Source: Gaiellaceae bacterium (GTDB lineage Bacteria; Actinomycetota; Thermoleophilia; Gaiellales; Gaiellaceae). From it: 64,000 bases of DNA. Position numbers and translations under genes: made by a program. Shown here one piece after another: positions 56,770 through 63,764 of this stretch. The stretch spans positions 6,272 through 70,271 of the forward strand of contig DATLQD010000133.1 in assembly GCA_035535315.1 (NCBI GenBank). The letters are read 5' to 3'. Position 1 is the first letter of the stretch, and every line of letters starts with the position of its first letter. Under the pieces are notes generated by a model. The model was not told where the DNA came from. It searched no databases and saw only the letters and a program-made list of their open reading frames with translations.

Positions 56770-57132
56770 TCAATTACGGGCGAGATCTATCCGAGAAGGC
56801 GCGCCGCCGAAGCCGATCTCGTTCCCCTCGGCATCACGGTAGATGGCCTTGCGTACTCCGTTGGAGTAGGTCTCGCGCTCGGCGGGGCTGATGCCACGGG
56901 AGGCGATCTCCGACACGAGCGAATCGAGGTCGTCCACGAAGATCGTATGGAGAGCATGTCCGGCGCGCTCAGCGTGTTCCAAGACGAAGATCGAGCGACC
57001 CTCGGCCAGATCCCAAACGGCCTCAGTCTCGTGCGCGAGGAAGGTCGGCTCGGAGCCGAGCAAGCGCTCGTACCATGGTCTCGCCGCCGCGTAGTCGCTG
57101 ACGCAGATCCCGGCGTAGAGGTCGAGTGCCAC
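56770..57132 (-). CDS. VOC (glyoxalase-like) family protein
   Basis: GTG 57132..57130 gives VALDLYAGICVSDYAAARPWYERLLG...IYRDAEGNEIGFGG, typical of a roughly 120-aa VOC protein. The upstream 47 codons of the ORF look non-coding. Confidence 0.75.
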   Translation of the reverse strand: MALDLYAGICVSDYAAARPWYERLLGSEPTFLAHETEAVWDLAEGRSIFVLEHAERAGHALHTIFVDDLDSLVSEIASRGISPAERETYSNGVRKAIYRDAEGNEIGFGGAPSRIDLARN

Positions 57133-57296
57133 GGGCCGATCGTAGCCCTGTGCGGGGCATGCTGCTGTGGAATCTCGTGGAGAGAAGCTGGAAAGCCGCG
57201 GCGGCGAGCAGGGCGCGACTTCTACTTCACCCTGGAAGGGATTTACGGCTTTTGGGCTGCCGTCTGCTACCACAGGTGACCAGGGGCGAAGGGCAA

Positions 57297-57384
57297 CTGC
57301 GACTTGGGAGCAGGGGTCGCGGGTTCAAATCTCTCGCCGTCCCGATCGCAGGAGGGGCCTGGAAGCGGGGCCTTTCCCGTCGTA
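57297..57384 (+). pseudogene. Degenerate duplicate of the 3' half of tRNA-Pro plus its downstream hairpin (att-like scar / tRNA pseudogene)
   Basis: CTGCGACTTGGGAGCAGGGGTCGCGGGTTCAAATCTCTCGCCGTCCCGA...GGCCTGGAAGCGGGGCCTTTCCCGTCGT aligns by hand with 56689..56772 (CTGCTTTGGGAGCAGGGGGTCGCGAGTTCAAATCTCGCCGTCCCGA...GGCCCTGGAAGCAGGGCCTTTTCGTTCGT), with a few substitutions and indels. No matching 5' acceptor or D-arm, and the T-stem is disrupted. Confidence 0.65.
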
Positions 57385-57501
57385 GCGGAAGCGGCGGGGA
57401 CCTCAACACCTTCTTCGGTGTCGACGGTAGGCTGTCGCGTCGGTCGCGCGCCGGCACGACATGCACGAGAAGCGGGCTCGCCGGCAAGTAGTCTCTCGCG
57501 G

Positions 57502-58260
57502 GTGAACGAGCCCTGTGCCGACGTCGTCGAGGAGGGCCGGCGGCTCATAACCCTCGCCGAGCAGGAGAACCTGCCGCTTCGCCTCCTGGGGGGTGTGGCC
57601 ATCAGGCTCCGCAGCCCCGGGACGGGCCACCCGGCGTTCGAGCGCACGTACGCGGATCTCGACTTCGCAGCCGCCAAGGGCTCGTCCGCGAGAACCGCGT
57701 CCTTCTTCGAGTCAGCCGGCTACGTCCCGCATGTCGCCTTCAACGCTCTGCAGGGAAGCGAGCGCCTGCTCTTCTTCGACGACGCCAACAGGCGGCAGGT
57801 GGACGTGTTCGTGGGTGCGTTTTCCATGTCGCACAAGATCCCGCTTGCGGAGCGCCTCGAGCTCGAGCCGGTGTCGGTCCCGCTCGCCGAGCTTCTCCTG
57901 ACGAAGCTCCAAATCGCCGAGCTGAACGAGAAGGACGTGCGAGACGCGCTGGCGCTTCTCTACGAGCACCCGGTCGGAGAGGAGGACGGCGACACCGTCA
58001 ACGCCGCCCGAGTCGCCGTGCTCTGCGCCGCGGACTGGGGACTCTGGCGCACTATCACCGGGAATCTCGAGGCAACGCTCGCCCGTCTGGACGACTATGC
58101 CCTTTCGGCGGACGAGAAGCGCACCGTCGCGGCGCGGGCGCAGGCGCTTCTCGACCGCATCGAGGCCGAGCCGAAGTCTCGCGCCTGGCGCCTTCGCGCC
58201 CGCATCGGAGAGCGAAAGCGGTGGTACGAGCTACCGGAAGAGGTTGCCGGAGGCCCCTAG
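57502..58260 (+). CDS. Hypothetical protein (252 aa), possibly nucleotidyltransferase-fold
   Basis: GTG 57502; the ORF-track start at 57304 would run through the tRNA pseudogene. Protein-like sequence (..LRLLGGVAIRL...YADLDFAA...RQVDVFVG..). Family not recognised with confidence. Confidence 0.5.
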   Translation: MNEPCADVVEEGRRLITLAEQENLPLRLLGGVAIRLRSPGTGHPAFERTYADLDFAAAKGSSARTASFFESAGYVPHVAFNALQGSERLLFFDDANRRQVDVFVGAFSMSHKIPLAERLELEPVSVPLAELLLTKLQIAELNEKDVRDALALLYEHPVGEEDGDTVNAARVAVLCAADWGLWRTITGNLEATLARLDDYALSADEKRTVAARAQALLDRIEAEPKSRAWRLRARIGERKRWYELPEEVAGGP

Positions 58261-58275
58261 AACCTTGAAGGAGTG

Positions 58276-58319
58276 TTGCAAGCGCGGCTACGTCGTTGCA
58301 ATACTTGCGTCGGTGCAAT
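58276..58319 (+). promoter_or_regulatory. Repeated (G)TTGCAA / GTGCAAT palindromic hexamers upstream of, and at the start of, the IclR gene (candidate operator)
   Basis: TTGCAA at 58276..58281 and 58296..58301 (20-bp spacing), a TTGC half-site at 58304, and GTGCAAT at 58313..58319. Confidence 0.35.
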
Positions 58320-58990
58320 CCGCAGACAAGGCACTCGCGATCCTCGCCGCCTTCACCGAGGCTCGACCGGAACTCGGTGCAACCGAGCTTGCCGGGGAGC
58401 TCGGGATGCACAAGAGCACCGTCTCGCGGCTTCTTGCAACGCTCGAAAAACGAGGTCTCGTGCGCCGAGCCGGCGACCGCTTCCTTCCGGGACCGGAGCT
58501 GGCTCGGCTCGGCTCGCTCGCCGCGCGCGGCCTCGCACTCCTCCCAACGGCCCGTGATCCGCTCGCGCGCCTTGCGGACGAGACCGGCGAGACCGTGAAC
58601 CTCGCGATCCGGGAGGGCGATCGCGTTTTGAACGTGTACCAGGTCGAGACCTCCCACTTCGTCGGAGTGAAGAACTGGACCGGCCGCACGACGCCGCTCG
58701 ACACGACCGCGAACGGCAAGGTTCTGCTCGCCTTCGGTGACGGCGGCGCCTCCGCGGAGCTCGAACGCATTCGTGGGTGCGGATATGCGACGGCCGTTGA
58801 GGAACTCGAGCCGGGCCTGAACTCAGCGGCAGCGCCGGTCTTCGATTGCACGGGCGCTTGCGTGGCCGCAGTCTCGGTTGCAGGGCCCTCCTATCGCGTC
58901 ACCGAAGGGCGGCTCGCAGATCTCGGCCTTGCGTGCGCCGCGGCCGGAAACGAGATATCTGCCGGCCTCGGACACCGGAAAGCTGCCTGA
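58313..58990 (+). CDS. IclR-family transcriptional regulator
   Basis: SADKALAILAAFTEARPELGATELAGELGMHKSTVSRLLATLEKRGLV (wHTH) plus an IclR effector domain. Start is GTG 58313 or TTG 58265; the ORF-track start at 58097 is junk. Confidence 0.85.
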   Translation: MQSADKALAILAAFTEARPELGATELAGELGMHKSTVSRLLATLEKRGLVRRAGDRFLPGPELARLGSLAARGLALLPTARDPLARLADETGETVNLAIREGDRVLNVYQVETSHFVGVKNWTGRTTPLDTTANGKVLLAFGDGGASAELERIRGCGYATAVEELEPGLNSAAAPVFDCTGACVAAVSVAGPSYRVTEGRLADLGLACAAAGNEISAGLGHRKAA

Positions 58991-60204
58991 TGGCCTGGGA
59001 GGTGCGCACGTTCGCTCCTGACGTGCTTGCGCCCGACGTGGGGCGCATCGAAGACCTGACGCGCGCCGAGCCCGCTCTCGCTGGCGTCGACGTCGCGGTC
59101 GTCGAGCCCGGGGAGCCGGTGCGGGTCACGCACGTCCTCGATGCGGTCGAGCCACGAATCCGCTCCGACGGTCGAATGGCATTTCCAAGCGAGGAGCGAG
59201 CGGGCGAGGGCGTAACGAATCGGATCAGCGACGTCGTCGTACTCTCCTGCCTCGATTTTCCCGGCGAGGAGCGTCCGCTGCACGAACAGGAGTCGATCGT
59301 CGACCTCTCGGGCCCGGCCGCCGACCTGACGCCTTTCGGCTCGATGCGAAACGTCGTCCTGACGTTCCGCCCCGGCGAGGGTGCGGGACACCAGGCCATC
59401 GACAGCGCAGTCCGGCGCGTGACACTCCGCGTGGCCGAGATCCTGGCCGAGCCGACCCTAAGCGCCGAACCGGTGCACACGCACACGTTCGCGCTCGGGC
59501 CGGCCGACGATGCGCTTCCGGCCGTCGCGGCACTCATACAGCTCTCCGACCTTGGCCAGCTTTACCAGCTCTACCTCTATGGAACCCCGGTTGGCGAGAG
59601 CGGCCTGCCCAAGCTCGTCGATCCAGCGGAGGTAATGGACGGAGCTGTCACTGCAGGGGAGTATCACTGGGCGGCAATGCGGAATCCGACGCTCTTCTTC
59701 CAGCTCAACTCGCTGGTACGAACCCTCTATCGCGAGCATGGCAAGCGCCTGCGCTTCGCGGGCGTCGTTCTCATGCGGGGGTACGAGCAGTCGGCGGACG
59801 ACAAGCAGCGCGCTGCCGATGCGGCCGCGCGAGTCGCGGTCGGGCTCGGCGTTGACGGAGTGGTGATCACGACTGACGCCGGCGGGAACAGTCACACCGA
59901 CACGATGCTCACCTGCAGAGCCTGCGAGAACGCTGGCGTGAAGACAGCGGTGATCGTCTGCGAAGAGACCGATCTGGACGCGACTGAGCCGATCCTGACC
60001 GACTGGGTCTCCGAGGCCGACTGCATCGTCTCGACCGGGAACGTCGAGCAGTTCGCACCGGCCTGGAAGCCAGAGCGCGTGCTGGGCGGCGATCACTTTC
60101 TCGACGGCACGCCGGCCGCCGAGGCGGGCCCGATCCCGGTCCGCAACTATCTGGGCGCAGCCAACCAGATGGGCCAGCTCGACCTCGGAGCGACGTCATG
60201 GTGA
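58990..60204 (+). CDS. Glycine/sarcosine/betaine reductase component B, alpha/beta-proprotein family (GrdE/GrdG/GrdI-like), lacking the central Cys
   Basis: ATG 58990 (TGATG junction with iclR). 404 aa with the family blocks as I recall them (..DPAEVMDGAV..., YREHGKRLRFAGVV, GVDGVVITTDAGGNSHTD, C.NAGVKTV.., N.LGAANQMG). No Cys between residues 88 and 308. Confidence 0.75.
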   Translation: MAWEVRTFAPDVLAPDVGRIEDLTRAEPALAGVDVAVVEPGEPVRVTHVLDAVEPRIRSDGRMAFPSEERAGEGVTNRISDVVVLSCLDFPGEERPLHEQESIVDLSGPAADLTPFGSMRNVVLTFRPGEGAGHQAIDSAVRRVTLRVAEILAEPTLSAEPVHTHTFALGPADDALPAVAALIQLSDLGQLYQLYLYGTPVGESGLPKLVDPAEVMDGAVTAGEYHWAAMRNPTLFFQLNSLVRTLYREHGKRLRFAGVVLMRGYEQSADDKQRAADAAARVAVGLGVDGVVITTDAGGNSHTDTMLTCRACENAGVKTAVIVCEETDLDATEPILTDWVSEADCIVSTGNVEQFAPAWKPERVLGGDHFLDGTPAAEAGPIPVRNYLGAANQMGQLDLGATSW

Positions 60205-61475
60205 GGGCCGTCCACTACCTGAATCAGTTCTTCGCGGGGCTCGGCGGCGAGGAGGCGGCGGGTACCGAGCCGACTCGTATCGACGGCCCGGTCGGCCCGG
60301 GCAAGGGACTTGCCGCTGCCCTCGAGGGAATCGAGATCGTCGCGACCATCGCCTGCGGCGACGATTACTTCAGCGAGCACGAGGAAGCTGCGCTCGGGCG
60401 ACTCTTCGAACTGATCGAGCGCGACCAGCCCGACCTGCTGGTCGCCGGCCCGGCGTTCGGGTCCGGGCGCTACGGCTACGCCTGCGCTCGTGTCGCGGCC
60501 GAGGCGAGCAAACGTGGGATTCCCGGGCTTGCGGCGATGCACGAAGAGAACCCAGGTGTTGCAGCAGCAGCGGGCAAGGTGCTGATCGTCCCAACGGCAG
60601 TGAATGTGGCCGGCATGCGTGACGCGCTGCCGCGGCTTGCGTCTCTCGCTAGCGCACTTGTGAGTGGCCGTGAGCTGGGTCCGCCGGAGGAAGAGGGGTA
60701 TCTCCCGCGTGGACTGCGGCGGAACAGACACCACGGAGCGACGGGAGCCGAGCGGGCTGTGGATCTCCTCCTTGCGAAGCTCGCCGGCGAGAAGCGCTCC
60801 GAGGTCGGAGGGTCGTTCGACCGGGTCGAGCCTCCGGCGCGCGTGGAAGATCTCTCGCACGCCCTCATCGCGCTCGTGACCGAAGCTGGGTGCGTTCCGC
60901 AGGGAAATCCCGATCGGCTGCCGAGTGTGCGCGCCCAGGCATGGCTTCGATATTCCCTCGCGGGCGAGAAGCGGCTCGATGCTGGTGACTACGAAAGCGT
61001 GCACGGCGGCTTCGATGTCTCCCGAGCGAACGAGGATCCGAACCGGCTCGTTCCGCTGGACACCGTGAGCGGCCTGATCGATGAAGGCCGGATCGGCCGC
61101 CTGCACGAGTTCTTCTATACGACAACCGGGAACGGCACGCCTGTTGCAACCTCGACCGAGTTCGGCCGCGAGATCGCGGGAGAGCTGCGGGATGCCGGCG
61201 TCGAAGCCGTTCTCCTCTCGGGAACTTGAGGGACGGGGACGCGCTGCGGGGCAGTGCTCGCGAAGGAGATCGAGCGGGAAGGGATACCGACGGTGTTCGT
61301 GACCTCCCTGCCGACGATCTCGACCATGATCGGCGTCAACCGAACGCTTCGCGGCCCGGCGATCACGCATCCCTTCGGTCTCGACGAGGAGGAGCGTCGC
61401 CAGATCGTCGAGCGGGCACTCGAGATGCTCGAGACAGACGTCGAGCCGACGACCGTCTGGGAGGTGGCTTCTTGA
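60198..61475 (+). CDS. grdB: Glycine/sarcosine/betaine reductase selenoprotein B family (GrdB/GrdF/GrdH-like), TGA = Sec at codon 344
   Basis: ORFs 60198..61229 and 61254..61475 are one frame, interrupted only by TGA 61227..61229. MVRAVHYLNQFFAGLGGEE..., AGPAFGSGRYGYAC, PEEEGYLPRGLR, VTEAGCVPQGNPDR, FYTTTGNGT, ..VLLSGT-U-GTGTRCGAVLAKEIEREGIP closely follows my recollection of clostridial GrdB. The symbol denotes the family; substrate type is unresolved. Confidence 0.85.
61241..61257 (+). promoter_or_regulatory. Candidate SECIS hairpin 12 nt downstream of the grdB-like UGA
   Basis: GCGCUGC-GGG-GCAGUGC: 7 bp including one G-U pair, with a G-rich apical loop. Hand-folded only. Confidence 0.35.
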
Positions 61476-61626
61476 CGACCATGGGGCTGAATTGCGTTGT
61501 TCTTGACGCGCGTGTATCTCGGGTCCCGACCCGCCCCCCTGCTCACGCGCGAGCGTACCGCTCGAAAACGCTCGAGTGGGACGCTGAATGTGCCACTGGC
61601 GTTACGAAAGTGGAGCTGCGGATCAC

Positions 61627-62958
61627 GTGAGCGGGGCCGCAATTCACGGGTGCTCGCTCGTGCTTGCGCACGCGCCCGACCTCGTGCAGCACGGGTCGAA
61701 GCCGGCGCGCGAGATCGCGGCGACGCGGGACGGCCTGCTGGACCGAATCAGCGGCGCCCTCCGCACATACGACGACGCCCTCGCCTACGCGCCCAACCAG
61801 GCCTTCGTCGGAAACCTCCGCCCCGAGGAGCTCTGGGACGTGGAGCGGCCTCGCTGGCGCCACCCGGTGAGGTCGAGCCGGGAAGGTCCATACGGCGTGA
61901 TCGTCGACGAGGATGAGCTCTACCGCCGCATGGCCGAAGCGGACGCGTTCCAGCTCTTTCGTCTGAACGGCGAGGAGGCGGGAGACGGCGCCCTGCCGCT
62001 CGCCTTGCGCGGCCGGCTCGCCGGTTCGATGCTTCGCGCCCACGAGCTCGACGAGAGTCTCTCGGCCAGCGTGCTCCTCGAGAATCTCGCCTGCAAGACG
62101 ACCGGGGCTCTCGCCCTTGAGCACCTCCTGCGCCAGATCGACTTCCCTGCCGGAGAGGTCGACTATGCGCTCGGCTGCGGTGAGGAGGCCGTCGGCGATC
62201 GCTATCAGCGGGGCGGCGGAAACCTCGGGAAGGCGATCGCGGAGCAGGCCGGATGCTCAAATGCGTCTGGCGCAGACGTCAAGGCGTTCTGCGCCGGGCC
62301 GGTCCATGCAATCGTGGTTGCCGCAGCTCTCGTCGCGGCGGGAGTCTTCAGCCACGTCGCGGTGGTGGCAGGCGGATCGCTGGCGAAGCTGGGGATGAAG
62401 TTCTCGGGCGCGTTGAAGAACGACGTCCCGGTTCTCGAGGACGTTCTAGCGGGACTCGCAATCCTGGTCGGGCCGCCGGGAGGCGGCGCGCCCGTCGTTC
62501 GACTCGACGCCGTCGGCCGCCACAGGATCGGCTCCGGCTCGGCTCAGCAAGCCGTCCTCGAGGATCTCGTCGTCGAGCCACTGAGTCGGCTCGGCCGCGG
62601 CATTCTCGATGTCGACCGCTACGCAACTGAGCTCCACGACCCGGAGATCACGGAGCCGGCCGGGGCTGGGAACGTCCCGAACCGGAACTACAAGCTGATC
62701 GGAGCGCTCGCGGTCAAACGCGGGGAGCTTCCGCGGGACGAGCTCGAGAGCTTCGAGCGCACACGCGGGCTGCCCGGATACTCTCCGACGCAGGGGCACG
62801 TCGCCTCAGCTGTCCCGTACCTCCCGCACGCGCTCACGGCGCTGCGAGCGGGTGACATCGGCTCTGCGATGCTGGTCGCGAAGGGCTCGCTGTTCCTCGG
62901 CCGCATGACCGGGCTGGCTGACGGGATGTCAATTCTGCTCGAACCCGGAAAGGAGTGA
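61627..62958 (+). CDS. grdC: Glycine reductase complex component C, beta subunit-like (GrdC), short form (443 aa)
   Basis: LVLAHAPDLVQHGS, YAPNQAFVGNLRPEEL, LLENLACKTTGALAL, YQRGGGNLGKAIAEQAGCSNASGADVKAFCAGPVHAIVVAAALVAAGVF..VVAGGSLAKLGMK, PAGAGNVPNRNYKLIGALAVKRGE, PTQGHVASAVPY, KGSLFLGRMT match GrdC as I remember it. GTG 61627 (GGAG 12 nt upstream) is preferred over ATG 61588. Confidence 0.8.
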   Translation: MSGAAIHGCSLVLAHAPDLVQHGSKPAREIAATRDGLLDRISGALRTYDDALAYAPNQAFVGNLRPEELWDVERPRWRHPVRSSREGPYGVIVDEDELYRRMAEADAFQLFRLNGEEAGDGALPLALRGRLAGSMLRAHELDESLSASVLLENLACKTTGALALEHLLRQIDFPAGEVDYALGCGEEAVGDRYQRGGGNLGKAIAEQAGCSNASGADVKAFCAGPVHAIVVAAALVAAGVFSHVAVVAGGSLAKLGMKFSGALKNDVPVLEDVLAGLAILVGPPGGGAPVVRLDAVGRHRIGSGSAQQAVLEDLVVEPLSRLGRGILDVDRYATELHDPEITEPAGAGNVPNRNYKLIGALAVKRGELPRDELESFERTRGLPGYSPTQGHVASAVPYLPHALTALRAGDIGSAMLVAKGSLFLGRMTGLADGMSILLEPGKE

Positions 62959-62961
62959 CAG

Positions 62962-63288
62962 ATGGTCGAAGCAACCCCGGAAACATTCAAGGAACTGACG
63001 CGCGAGGGAAGCGTCCTCGTTGACTTCTGGGGGCCGCGTTGCCAGCCGTGCCTGCAGATGATGCCGACCGTGGAGAAGCTCGAGGAGGACTCGGCCGGCG
63101 CCGTCAAGGTTGTGAAGGTGAACGCGAGCGAGAATCGAGATGTGTGTCGCGAGCTCCGCGTCTTCGGTCTGCCCACGTATCTTCTTCTCCGCGACGGCGA
63201 GGAGCTCGAGCGCCTGTCGGGCGAGGTGTCAAAGGAAGACATCGAGAAGGCATTTGCGACGCTTGGAAACGGAGGTGAGGCAGCATGA
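62962..63288 (+). CDS. Thioredoxin-family protein with an atypical CQPC active site (Grd-associated)
   Basis: [18 protein letters not shown] instead of WCGPC; 108 aa. GGAAAGGAG SD. ATGA overlap with grdA. Confidence 0.85.
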   Translation: MVEATPETFKELTREGSVLVDFWGPRCQPCLQMMPTVEKLEEDSAGAVKVVKVNASENRDVCRELRVFGLPTYLLLRDGEELERLSGEVSKEDIEKAFATLGNGGEAA

Positions 63289-63749
63289 AGCTCGAGGGAA
63301 AGAAGGTGATCGCGCTGGGCGAGCGGGATGGTGTCCCGGGCCCAGCCATCGCCGACGCAGTCAGGTCGGCGGGCGCGGAGGTTGTCTTCGTCGAGACGGA
63401 GTGCTTCGTCTGAACGGCGGCAGGCGCCATGGACCCCGAGAACCAGGACCGCATCAAGAGCCTGGTCGACGAGCACGGGGCCGACGACCTGGTGGTGGTG
63501 CTCGGAGCCGCTGACCTCGAGTCCCTCGAAGTCACGGCCGAGACGGTCACCGTCGGGGACCCGGCCTACGTGGGTCCGCTGGCAGGAGTTCAGTTGGGAC
63601 TCCCCGTTGTTCACATCCTCGAAGAGGACATCAAGGAGCAGGTTGACCCTCAGGTCTACGAGGATCAGGTAGGGCTGCTCGAGATGACGCTCGACATCGA
63701 GCAGGTGCGAGTGGCCGTGAAGGGCTTCCCGGGCCGGGACCGGACTTGA
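63285..63749 (+). CDS. grdA: Glycine/sarcosine/betaine reductase complex selenoprotein A, TGA = Sec at codon 43
   Basis: Frame from ATG 63285: [42 protein letters not shown]-[TGA 63411..63413][34 protein letters not shown]...[23 protein letters not shown]. This is the hallmark GrdA sequence with the CxxU motif. The ORF track shows only the part after the TGA (63429..63749). Confidence 0.9.
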
Positions 63750-63764
63750 CCGAGCCTGAGGCGT

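Noticed and set aside
57283-57345. Second functional tRNA downstream of tRNA-Pro.
   Set aside because: Only the 3' half is present. No 5' acceptor strand or D-arm can be paired, the anticodon loop would be 9 nt, and the T-stem carries an insertion. It is called a pseudogene or att-like scar instead.
57304-57501. 5' extension of the hypothetical gene (ORF-track start 57304), and similar long 5' extensions of guaA (16443), pyrE (7703), hup (8397), dacB (12455), iclR (58097), the grdE-like gene (58846), rplM (21407) and the serine hydrolase (43792).
   Set aside because: The extensions are compositionally junk, overlap upstream genes or RNA features, and remove SD sequences. Internal starts restore family-typical N-termini.
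61481-61630. 49-codon ATG ORF between the selenoprotein B gene and grdC as a real gene.
   Set aside because: About a third of its codons end in A/T, against very few in the surrounding genes, and the peptide is not recognisable. It is kept only as a possible leader or regulatory feature.
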